Of a DNA stretch of 58,926 nucleotides, positions 11,601 to 23,297 are shown in pieces. The notes under the pieces are model-generated. The model had not been told where the DNA came from. It worked only from the letters and a program-made list of their open reading frames with translations, and did not search any database. Source of the stretch: Nemertoderma westbladi (Eukaryota; Animalia; Xenacoelomorpha); contig JAUCBJ010008163.1 of the NCBI GenBank assembly GCA_032718475.1, forward strand, positions 1 through 58,926, read 5' to 3'. The first letter of the stretch is position 1; each line of letters starts with the position of its first letter. The translations under genes were made by a program, and so were the position numbers.

Positions 11601-14600
11601 GCATACCTTTATGAAACCGAGTGGAATGGTTTAATGTGGAAGATCACCCATGGTGGTGATCAGGCATTCCTTTAGGAAACAGAGTGGAAGGGTTTACTGT
11701 GGAAGATCACCCATGGTGGTGATCAGGCATTCCTTTAGGAAACAGAGTGGAAGGGTTTACTGTGGAAGATCACCCATGGTGGTGAACAGGTATTCCTGTA
11801 GGAAACAGAGTGGAAGGGTTTACTGTGGAAGATCATCCATGGGGGTGAACAGGCATTCCTTTAGGAAACAGAGTGGAAGGGTTTACTGTGGAAGATCACC
11901 CATGGTGGTGAACAGGTATTCCTGTAGGAAACAGAGTGGAAGGGTTTACTGTGGAAGATCACCCATGGTGGTGAACAGGTATTCCTGTAGGAAACAGAGT
12001 GGAAGGGTTTACTGTGGAAGATCATCCATGGTGGTGAACAGGCATTCCTTTAGGAAACAGAGTGGAAGGGTTTACTGTGGAAGATCACCCATCATGGTGG
12101 TGAACAGGCATTCCTTTAGGAAACAGAGTGGAAGGGTTTACTGTGGAAGATCATCCATGGTGGTGAACAGGCATTCCTTTAGGAAACAGAGTGGAAGGGT
12201 TTACTGTGGAAGATCACCCATGGGGGTGAACAGGTATTCCTGTAGGAAACAGAGTGGAAGGGTTTACTGTGGAAGATCATCCATGGTGGTGAACATGCAT
12301 ACCTTTATGAAACCGAGTGGAATGGTTTAATGTGGAAGATCACCCATGGTGGTGATCAGGCATTCCTTTAGGAAACAGAGTGGGAGGGTTTACTGTGGAA
12401 GATCACCCATGGTGGTGATCAGGCATTCCTTTAGGAAACAGAGTGGAAGGGTTTACTGTGGAAGATCATCCATGGTGGTGAACATGCATACCTTTATGAA
12501 ACCGAGTGGAATGGTTTAATGTGGAAGATCACCCATGGTGGTGATCAGGCATTCCTTTAGGAAACAGAGTGGAAGGGTTTACTGTGTAAGATCACCCATT
12601 GTGGTGAACAGGCATTCCTTTAGGAAACAGAGTGGAAGGGTTTACTGTGGAAGATCATCCATGGTGGTGAACAGGCATTCCTTTAGGAAACAGAGTGGAA
12701 GGGTTTACTGTGGAAGATCATCCATGGTGGTGAACAAGCATTCCTTTAGGAAACAGAGTGGAAGGGTTTACTGTGGAAGATCACCCATCATGGTGGTGAA
12801 CAGGCATTCCTTTAGGAAACAGAGTGGAAGGGTTTACTGTGGAAGATCACCCATGGTGGTGAACAGGCATTCCTTTAGGAAACAGAGTTGAAGGGTTTAC
12901 TGTGGAAGATCACCCATGGTGGTGAACAGGCATTCCTTTAGGAAACAGAGTTGAAGGGTTTACTGTGGAAGATCACCCATGGTGGTGAACAGGCATTCCT
13001 TTAGGAAACAGAGTGGAAGGGTTTACTGTGGAAGATCACCCATCATGGTGGTGAACAGGCATTCCTTTAGGAAACAGAGTGGAAGGGTTTACTGTGGAAG
13101 ATCACCCATGGTGGTGAACAGGTATTCCTGTAGGAAACAGAGTGGAAGGGTTTACTGTGGAAGATCAACCATGGTGGTGAACAGGTATTCCTGTAGGAAA
13201 CAGAGTGGAAGGGTTTACTGTGGAAGATCATCCATGGTGGTGAACAGGCATTCCTTTAGGAAACAGAGTGGAAGGGTTTACTGTGGAAGATCACCCATGG
13301 TGGTGAACAGGTATCCCTGTAGGAAACAGAGTGGAAGGGTTTACTGTGGAAGATCATCCATGGTGGTGAACAGGCATACCTTTATGAAACCGAGTGGAAT
13401 GGTTTAATGTGGAAGATCACCCATGGTGGTGATCAGGCATTCCTTTAGGAAACAGATTGGAAGGGTTTACTGGGGAAGATCATCCATGGTGGTGAACAGG
13501 CATACCTTTATGAAACCGAGTGGAATGGTTTAATGTGGAAGATCACCCATGGTGGTGATCAGGCATTCCTTTAGGAAACAGATTGGAAGGGTTTACTGGG
13601 GAAGATCATCCATGGTGGTGAACAGGCATACCTTTATGAAACCGAGTGGAATGGTTTAATGTGGAAGATCACCCATGGTGGTGATCAGGCATTCCTTTAG
13701 GAAACAGAGTGGAAGGGTTTACTGTGGAAGATCACCCATGGTGGTGATCAGGCATTCCTTTAGGAAACAGAGTGGAAGGGTTTACTGTGGAAGATCACCC
13801 ATGGTGGTGAACAGGTATTCCTGTAGGAAACAGAGTGGAAGGGTTTACTGTGGAAGATCATCCATGGGGGTGAACAGGCATTCCTTTAGGAAACAGAGTG
13901 GAAGGGTTTACTGTGGAAGATCACCCATGGTGGTGAACAGGTATTCCTGTAGGAAACAGAGTGGAAGGGTTTACTGTGGAAGATCACCCATGGTGGTGAA
14001 CAGGTATTCCTGTAGGAAACAGAGTGGAAGGGTTTACTGTGGAAGATCATCCATGGTGGTGAACAGGCATTCCTTTAGGAAACAGAGTGGAAGGGTTTAC
14101 TGTGGAAGATCACCCATCATGGTGGTGAACAGGCATTCCTTTAGGAAACAGAGTGGAAGGGTTTACTGTGGAAGATCATCCATGGTGGTGAACAGGCATT
14201 CCTTTAGGAAACAGAGTGGAAGGGTTTACTGTGGAAGATCACCCATGGGGGTGAACAGGTATTCCTGTAGGAAACAGAGTGGAAGGGTTTACTGTGGAAG
14301 ATCATCCATGGTGGTGAACATGCATACCTTTATGAAACCGAGTGGAATGGTTTAATGTGGAAGATCACCCATGGTGGTGATCAGGCATTCCTTTAGGAAA
14401 CAGAGTGGGAGGGTTTACTGTGGAAGATCACCCATGGTGGTGATCAGGCATTCCTTTAGGAAACAGAGTGGAAGGGTTTACTGTGGAAGATCATCCATGG
14501 TGGTGAACATGCATACCTTTATGAAACCGAGTGGAATGGTTTAATGTGGAAGATCACCCATGGTGGTGATCAGGCATTCCTTTAGGAAACAGAGTGGAAG

Positions 14601-16361
14601 GGTTTACTGTGTAAGATCACCCATTGTGGTGAACAGGCATTCCTTTAGGAAACAGAGTGGAAGGGTTTACTGTGGAAGATCATCCATGGTGGTGAACAGG
14701 CATTCCTTTAGGAAACAGAGTGGAAGGGTTTACTGTGGAAGATCATCCATGGTGGTGAACAAGCATTCCTTTAGGAAACAGAGTGGAAGGGTTTACTGTG
14801 GAAGATCACCCATCATGGTGGTGAACAGGCATTCCTTTAGGAAACAGAGTGGAAGGGTTTACTGTGGAAGATCACCCATGGTGGTGAACAGGCATTCCTT
14901 TAGGAAACAGAGTTGAAGGGTTTACTGTGGAAGATCACCCATGGTGGTGAACAGGCATTCCTTTAGGAAACAGAGTTGAAGGGTTTACTGTGGAAGATCA
15001 CCCATGGTGGTGAACAGGCATTCCTTTAGGAAACAGAGTGGAAGGGTTTACTGTGGAAGATCACCCATCATGGTGGTGAACAGGCATTCCTTTAGGAAAC
15101 AGAGTGGAAGGGTTTACTGTGGAAGATCACCCATGGTGGTGAACAGGTATTCCTGTAGGAAACAGAGTGGAAGGGTTTACTGTGGAAGATCAACCATGGT
15201 GGTGAACAGGTATTCCTGTAGGAAACAGAGTGGAAGGGTTTACTGTGGAAGATCATCCATGGTGGTGAACAGGCATTCCTTTAGGAAACAGAGTGGAAGG
15301 GTTTACTGTGGAAGATCACCCATCATGGTGGTGAACAGGCATTCCTTTAGGAAACAGAGTGGAAGGGTTTACTGTGGAAGATCATCCATGGTGGTGAACA
15401 GGCATTCCTTTAGGAAACAGAGTGGAAGGGTTTACTGTGGAAGATCACCCATGGGGGTGAACAGGTATTCCTGTAGGAAACAGAGTGGAAGGGTTTACTG
15501 TGGAAGATCATCCATGGTGGTGAACATGCATACCTTTATGAAACCGAGTGGAATGGTTTAATGTGGAAGATCACCCATGGTGGTGATCAGGCATTCCTTT
15601 AGGAAACAGAGTGGAAGGGTTTACTGTGGAAGATCACCCATGGTGGTGATCAGGCATTCCTTTAGGAAACAGAGTGGAAGGGTTTACTGTGGAAGATCAT
15701 CCATGGTGGTGAACATGCATACCTTTATGAAACCGAGTGGAATGGTTTAATGTGGAAGATCACCCATGGTGGTGATCAGGCATTCCTTTAGGAAACAGAG
15801 TGGAAGGGTTTACTGTGTAAGATCACCCATTGTGGTGAACAGGCATTCCTTTAGGAAACAGAGTGGAAGGGTTTACTGTGGAAGATCATCCATGGTGGTG
15901 AACAGGCATTCCTTTAGGAAACAGAGTGGAAGGGTTTACTGTGGAAGATCATCCATGGTGGTGAACAAGCATTCCTTTAGGAAACAGAGTGGAAGGGTTT
16001 ACTGTGGAAGATCACCCATCATGGTGGTGAACAGGCATTCCTTTAGGAAACAGAGTGGAAGGGTTTACTGTGGAAGATCACCCATGGTGGTGAACAGGCA
16101 TTCCTTTAGGAAACAGAGTTGAAGGGTTTACTGTGGAAGATCACCCATGGTGGTGAACAGGCATTCCTTTAGGAAACAGAGTTGAAGGGTTTACTGTGGA
16201 AGATCACCCATGGTGGTGAACAGGCATTCCTTTAGGAAACAGAGTGGAAGGGTTTACTGTGGAAGATCACCCATTATGGTGGTGAACAGGCATTCCTTTA
16301 GGAAACAGAGTTGAAGGGTTTACTGTGGAAGATCACCCATGGTGGTGAACAGGTATTCCTT
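8647..16361. repeat. 63-bp satellite, ~122 copies, intronic, with higher-order repeats
   Basis: Unit GTGGAAGGGTTTACTGTGGAAGATCACCCATGGTGRTGAACAGGCATTCCTTTAGGAAACAGA. Variant patterns recur at 252, 2025 and 1206 bp. Confidence 0.99.
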
Positions 16362-16545
16362 GGCCTAACAAGCCAAAAAGATTCTCCCATTCAATAGTAA
16401 ATTTTAAAAATAATTCTGGTATACAACTCTATAGCAAAAAAGCTGGTTAACAGAACAGTTAACTTGAACCTAGTGGGTCTGAGTGAGTGGGTGGGTGGGT
16501 CAGTGAATCCTGATATGTTAATTTATATTATTTTCCTTTATCCAG

Positions 16546-17046
16546 ATTAGCGTAAATGCGGTTAGCAGTTCCCAGTCGTCCCCAGTCACGAATACTCGAG
16601 GCAAAAGAGGCCGGCCAAGTAAACCGCGTCACTCGCAGCCTAGCGACAGATTCGCCTACTGCAGTAACCAACCAACCAGTTCAACCGATCCCAACGGGGA
16701 CCTCCTATTGGCCACCCAGTTGCCGGATAAACTCATTGTAACTCTGCCGTGTCCCACCAAGCGGAACATCAAGGAACCCACTCCCGCAATACCAAGTAAC
16801 ACTGTGGCTACACTAGATGGCGCTCACCCTACTGTTTCATTGGCTAAATTAGAACCGGTAGCGGCTAGGCCCCCTGTATTACATTCCATAGAAACTCAAA
16901 CCGAGGTCAATGACATGTTAGACCCCGAACGTGTCAAACGACTGATCGAAACCAAACTCGAGGAAATCCGCCTTGCCAAGGACAGAGAGAAAGACGTTGC
17001 TGTGTGCGAAGTTGTTAATAATATTGAGAAGAAATGGAAGAAACAG
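16546..17046 (+). CDS. ZMYND11: ZMYND11 exon: disordered linker (AT-hook-like KRGRPSK) + start of coiled coil
   Basis: tttatccag| open frame ISVNAVSSSQ...KKWKKQ |gtaaag; 501 nt, phase 0/0; includes ORF 16708-17097. Confidence 0.88.
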
Positions 17047-17357
17047 GTAAAGGGCCTATTATTTGTCATAATATTAGTTTCAGATTGGTATCAATGAGAT
17101 ATATTTAAGAGTAGCTCAGGTTACAGTCAGATAAACTCCCCTCTTTTATTTCACTAACTGAAAACTCAAACTTGATTAGCAATTTAGTAGATGTGCTGAA
17201 CTGCATTTAAACAAACTCCCAATATAGTGGCTCGCTCCCACTAACCATTCAAACCGTTATTTTTCGTTTATGACAAACTCGAGTTATAAGAGAGGGTAAG
17301 TTCATGTGCTGCGCGAAGGCCTTGATCACCTACTTTTTAATAACTTTTTTATTTTAG

Positions 17358-17513
17358 CTCGATGAATCGGAAACCGATAAATCCGACGCCATCTTGCGGT
17401 GCCAGGAGGAAGTGCGGAAACGCGAGGATATGAAGGAGAAGATGAAACTCGAGCTGAGTGCTCTGGTAGAGAAACATCAGGACCACGTGCATTACTTAAA
17501 GAAACGCCAATGG
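17358..17513 (+). CDS. ZMYND11: ZMYND11 exon: coiled coil ending KKRQW
   Basis: ttttag| LDESETDKSDAILRCQEEV...HVHYLKKRQW |gtgaga. KK(K/R)QW directly precedes the MYND finger in ZMYND8/11. Confidence 0.92.
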
Positions 17514-17809
17514 GTGAGAGTAACCATAGTAACATAGTGGCAGTAACCATAGTAACATATGCGTGCCTTTTATGCTCGTAATGGTACCACTACGCTAAGG
17601 CTCACTCACTTCGTGGCTCGCCCCACACGTTCGTGGGGCCTTCCCGCAGCACGAGGCCCAGTTATGAGATACAAATTAAAATCGAGCGACTGTATCACAA
17701 AATCAGTATTTAACTTTATAAATTAGTAAAATTTAGAAATTTAACCACACCGCCAATCAATCAAAGAAAGAGGGACAGTACGTGTTCAGCCCTTTTAATC
17801 TGCACCCCC

Positions 17810-17847
<38 letters not shown>

Positions 17848-18574
17848 ACCCACCCTTCCGAAGGGTAGCACGAACTTATTTCCAATCGCACGTTCAATAT
17901 GCGAAGCCAGGTGGTTTATAGGAATATAATCTACGCAGTACTAAATACAGTCGATGCAGTAATGAATGATATTCAAATAATTTATTTAATATACTGTTAA
18001 TGCCTCTGAAAACTTAGACAATTAAAATACACAGAAATCCCATCAAAAAATAATAAGCCTAATATTTTGAGAAATAAACAATTTTGGATATAAGCCTTCT
18101 GCAGTGGTAATGTTATTGACTGACGATCATTAAATGAGATCTGTCTATTACCTGAGACTAAAGAACACAGACTCTATAGTGTAATAGGAGGTAGGGAATG
18201 CAGGTTTCAATCTCGTTAGGTCTAGCTGGCAGCCGTGTGGCTAGTTACATACAACCCCCCCTCCACTGGCATTCCCAGCAACTGGCTTCCTTACACACAC
18301 ATCCTTCACATCTATGTACCAGCCAACTTGCATGTTGGCCAATAAATGAGCAGTATTTATTGAGAATCAATTTTTTATGCCGTTTTAATTACTTTAGATC
18401 AATTAAAGACACAATTATTAAAGCAAATCACTTGAGCTAATTAAAAACTATAATAGAATGGGGTATGTGGATTATATCTATATAATTTTTAAGTATAATT
18501 ATTGAAGTCTTATACTGTAAAACAATTAATTTCCTTTAACAGGCAGGTTGAAAGTGGTGTTTTTACCGTAATCA

Positions 18575-18938
18575 ATTTAATTAACTAATTAACTGCTATT
18601 ATCTTAGCTTCTCGAAGGCCATACGAAAATTAAACTTGGAAAATTTCTAAACTTTTGCCAAACAACATGTGTACCAAGTTTGGATAGATTTCATCAAAGA
18701 TTGGCTGAGTTATTAACGTTTAAAATTGAACGCGACAGAACGCCAGAACGACAGGTTGATTAATGGTACCACTACGCTAAGGCTCACTCACTTCGTGGCT
18801 CGCCCCACAGAACGACAGGTTGATTAATGGTACCACTACGCTAAGGCTCACTCACTTCGTGGCTCGCCCCACAGAACGACAAGTTGATTAATGGTACCAC
18901 TACACTAAGGCTCACTCACTTCGTGGCTCGCCCCACAG
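18575..18938 (+). mobile_element. Non-autonomous Helitron/Helentron-like (DINE-1/HINE-like) element with triplicated end
   Basis: The ~170-bp body is shared with 45200-45427. The terminal TAATGGTACCACTACGCTAAGGCTCACTCACTTCGTGGCTCGCCCCACA occurs 3x in tandem here and also, whole or in part, at ~17579, ~43553, ~45380 and ~51540. Superfamily is inferred. Confidence 0.55.
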
Positions 18939-19016
18939 TGTATGACTATCACTATAGTGTTAGGGTGTATACGATACAGGATGTTAGCTTGTATCCTAAA
19001 CTCTCTCTTAATTCAT

Positions 19017-20161
19017 TAATAATAATAATAATAATTTATTTATAACGCGCCTTTTAAGGGCAATAAATAAAGGCGCACGTACGCGTACACAATTAGTTAA
19101 TTACTACATAATGGCATTACAATCAATAATTGTATACTTTAAAATCAACAATGTTTAAAAATTACGGTATGTACTAATTAAAAAATATATAATGAACACA
19201 CAAAAGTCATGATTTGATAATTACAATATTAAGTAAAAAGTTATTTATTACACTGTGTCTCATTAAAACAAAGCTCAATAAAAAGATAAATCCACATCAA
19301 GTGGTATATGGGGGGGGGGGGGGGGGGTCCATTCAGGGTTGCAAGTATTGGATATAATTAAAATATATTTGCCTATTGACTGTATTTTAACGAAAAGTAG
19401 TGTGTTTTCAGCAGCAATTCCACGGTGTGTGCACTGCGGACCGAATAAGGGAGAGCGTTCCATAAACGGGGCCCGGCAACTGAGAAAGCCCGCCTCCCGT
19501 AACTTTCTAGCCGATAACGAGGCGCAACCAGTTAGTTCATCACCACCTGAACGCAGAGAACGATGAGGAATGTACCGGGTCAGCAAATTCTTTAAATAGC
19601 TCGGAGCGTAGCCATTGATACACTTATATACTATAAGTACAATCTTAAAGTCAATGCGTCGCAATACAGGCAACCAGTGGAGATATTTGAGCACAGGTTT
19701 AATATGTTCTCGTTTTTTTGTGCCTGTTAGTAGGCGTGCCGCAGAGTTCTGGACATATTGTAGTTTGTTAATATATTTGTCTGGCAATCCATAATATAAC
19801 GAATTGTTATTATCTAAAGAGCTGGTGATAAATGCGTTGATTTACTGAACGTCATATAATGATCCATAGTAAAGCCGATATTGCGGGCATCGGTGCTACA
19901 GCCCACCACGTCGTTACCAATACGTATTTGTGGGTTGTCAACTGATGTGCCAAATCCCGACTGCAGTAGTAGCACTTCGGTTTTCTCGGAGTTCATCTTG
20001 AGCATATATGTGTACATCCATTTCTGTATATCATTTAGGCAATCCTCAGTCACCTGAACTGCTGAATCAATATTTACAGATTTGAAACTGATATATATTT
20101 GACAGCATACAGATGGTATGATAAACCATGCTTTTTTATTACAGCAGATAAAGAGCGTGTA
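19017..20161 (-). mobile_element. Outer L2/CR1-group LINE, 3' segment (pseudogene)
   Basis: KLQYVQNSAARLLT..HIKPVLKYLHWLPV..RIDFKI (L2 C-terminus) and LKMNSEKTE. YADD is destroyed by a small deletion near 20103. 3' end GCGTTATAAAT+(TTA)n. Confidence 0.9.
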
Positions 20162-22884
20162 TTCAATTCAATTTATATTAGGTCCGGTCATGCCGGCAAT
20201 AAAGTATACATAAAAACAATAGATGAACCATAAATGCACAATCGTAGTACCGATCACGACATCTAAGTAAAATTACGTTCCTATTAATTATTAACACATA
20301 AAACCATAAGGTCTAGTATTATAGTGATAGGTAAAACAGTCGGAGCCCGATTAAAACCCAGTATATAAAACAATCGTAAATATAGGTAAAATCATATTCG
20401 TTGCGGCAAATAGTAAATATATATAAAGTCATATTTGTAGGGAAACATAAAATGCGCATGTTGAGCAATAGAGAGTCATTATTATATTGAGAACCATTAT
20501 TACACAACATTGAAAAAATTCAATATACGCTTATGTTTGGATGCAAAAGAGTCCATTGATCTAATTTTATAACAGTCATATATAAATTTACTTTGGATAA
20601 TCTCCAAAAATGTAAGTGATCCACAGCCCAACCGTTCAATCAAGTGCCGTGTGTTGTATGCATATGTTAACATGGAATGAATGTGTGGCGCATTATACGT
20701 TTTTTTGCAGTTTATGTATGAACCACCAATACCACAATATTTTGTCTCATCCGTACTATTTAGCTGCAGCGATATTCGTAGAATGCCTTGTAGGGCACAG
20801 TTGGGGACGTATGCACTCCTAAGTATTGATCCAATGCAGGCACCGTAACACTCGCTAGTAATTGGTTTGCATTTCATCAGCTCGTATACAATCTGGTTGC
20901 TAGCATAGGTTCCCAAACCTAGAAGACCACGTAACGCTTTCCTATAGTGAGCGTCTAGACTACGTAATTCATCCGAGGTGAGTGACCCAACAAGGAATTT
21001 CATGCTGTAAACCAGTTTTGGAACTGCAATGCTGCTCCAAATGTGACTCAATGTTGAAGTATCCATCCATCTGGTTGTCCAACTCCTCCTGTGGAATGAT
21101 TCCGCAATTATAGTAATCAGCTGATTGCAATCTGATAATGTATTGTAGTTCTTTACAATGCTAGAGTTTAGCTTAAAGCCCAAAAATCGCAGCGATGTAC
21201 TTGATGCCACTAGAGTGCTATTGATATTTATGAAACTTGGAATGTGTTCATTGCATCCCTTTCCAGATCTGACTACCCATTTAGTTTTAGAGCTCTCCAC
21301 TTCTAGATTGATATCCTTTAGTTTTACTGAGATTACACCAACTAATCTTTCTAATTCTGTGGCGGATCTACCAAACACGAGTATGTCGTCTGCATATGCA
21401 ATAGTGCCGAGCCATACGTTCTTGAGATTGCAACTAAGACCACTGTAACTCGCATCATTGAAGACATCACTCGTATGCAGGATGAACAACGCTGGGGAGA
21501 GGAGTGAACCCTGTTTCACTCCCTTTGTAAGCTTGATGGGTCGGGCATCAACAACACCTCCAAATTTTAAAAATGCGGTTGTGCAGAGATAATATGACAG
21601 GATGATGCGGCAGATATATGGGTTTATGTGGGCTCTCATTTTCTTGAACAAGATTACGTAGTCAACATTATCGAACGCTGATTTAATATCCAGCTGGCAT
21701 AAGTAGATGGTATTCCCACATCGCCTCTGGTACTCCAGACATTCCAGCACAGCGCTGAGAATGAGATCAGTCCCGATTTTAGGTTGATATGCCAGCTGTG
21801 ACGGATGTATAAAACTTGGTGCCGATAAGTACTCTTGAAGCAGAAGGGATTCAAATATTTTTGCTAGGAGACGGACAGTGGAGATCGGGCGATATGAAGT
21901 TGCTAAATTTATTTTTCTGCCCTTGCCTTTGTGTAGGCTAGTTATTATTGTCTGACCAAAATGTAAGGGTGTTTCACCTAAAGCAATACATGCATTGTAA
22001 ATCTTTGAGAGCTCTGCACATATTATATCCGAGTCTAGTGACAGAATGTGTTCAATGGTCAGCGATCCTATGTCTGGCGCCTTTCCTTTTGAAATGGCCA
22101 TAATAGCCCTTTTCACACCCGCAGCTGTAATTGTTGGGATGTCATCTCTAGCATCACAGTCGTTTTGAATATCCCTTTTGAGTTGATCTATTGCATCATC
22201 ATAGCCATTCGCTTTTTGGTGGTTAGCAGACAGTTGGGTTCTTATTGTTTCGATTACCTTATCGGGTGGATTTGTTGTTTCCTTTGGGTTTAATTTATTC
22301 CAGAACATCTTGGGATTGGTTCTCAATAATTTGCTATTGCAATTAACTCTGTGAGAGACTGTAGTTTTAGCCAACCAATTCCTTAGTCTCTTTACTGACC
22401 GCTTCGAGTCTTTTAATGCGTCTCTTACTGGGCTATCTGGAGGTTTCCCCTGTTTACACCAACAGTCGTATAGCTGTTTTGTTGTCTTACACCTCGCCGT
22501 TAGAACAGAAGAGCGTATTCTAATATTCTTGGATAGTTTTATCTTTTTTACCTTCGGGAGTGTTTTGGTTGCAGCATCAAGTACAATGTTCTGTAGATCT
22601 GATGAGAATGTTTCTAGGTCCAAGTAGGTCCATTTCATGTAATGTAACGTTATGCTAGATTTTAAACTGTTGATACCCTCATTGACAATCCTATTGTATT
22701 CATCAGTCTGTGATTTTGTTGCTCGGAACCATGCAAATTTAGTTATGGGTATTGATGTTTGGCGTACTCTATTTGTCTCAATCTCTAACCTAAATCTGAA
22801 ATTTGCCAGAACTGGGACATGATCTGATAAATTATTACAGGGATCCTCAGCCAGAACTTCACCATTCACTAAGTTTTCCATACC
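20162..22884 (-). mobile_element. Nested 5'-truncated LINE with uninterrupted 793-aa frame (APE end + RT), CDS 20500-22881
   Basis: SDHVPV (APE end), YRPIS, QLDIKSAFD, GVKQGSLLSP, IAYADD motifs; (TTGAA)n tail at 20161-20173; inserted into the L2 RT just after GPLLFT. Confidence 0.93.
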
Positions 22885-22947
22885 GTAGTTGTTAGTTATA
22901 AATAGTTGTAAATAGTTAGTTGTAAATAGTAGCGGTTATAAATAGTT

Positions 22948-23091
22948 AGTTGTAAATAGTAGCGGCCCGAGCACAGAACCTTGTGGCAATCCATACTTTA
23001 GGTCTCTGTATGTAGAATAATGACTACCAACACGAACTTGCTGTTTACGATCAGACAAATATGATTTGAACCATTTGAGTGCATTTCCAGT
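22948..23091 (-). mobile_element. Outer L2 LINE, middle segment (144 bp)
   Basis: Translates TGNALKWFKSYLSDRKQQVRVG...YGLPQGSVLGPLLFT, continuing the 27500+ segment and leading into the 20160 segment. Confidence 0.92.
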
Positions 23092-23297
23092 CATTTCATT
23101 TTCATTTCATTTTTATTCCAGACATTGAATTATACAATATATTATTACATTATTTTAGTAAAACATTATATAATACCCGTCCATATCATTTATAAAATTG
23201 AGCACAATTATTGAATTATTAAATACATACTGCTACCTACACTACGGAAAAATAATTTACATAGAGCCTAATATTTAAACATATTGGTGGGACCGTA

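Noticed and set aside
8647-16361. Repeat-protein ORFs (SGRVYCGRSPMVVNRHSFRKQ)n, or a CRISPR array
   Set aside because: The units are contiguous with no unique spacers and no cas genes. The frame has many TGA/TAA variants. The array lies in an intron whose flanking exons join in phase without it.
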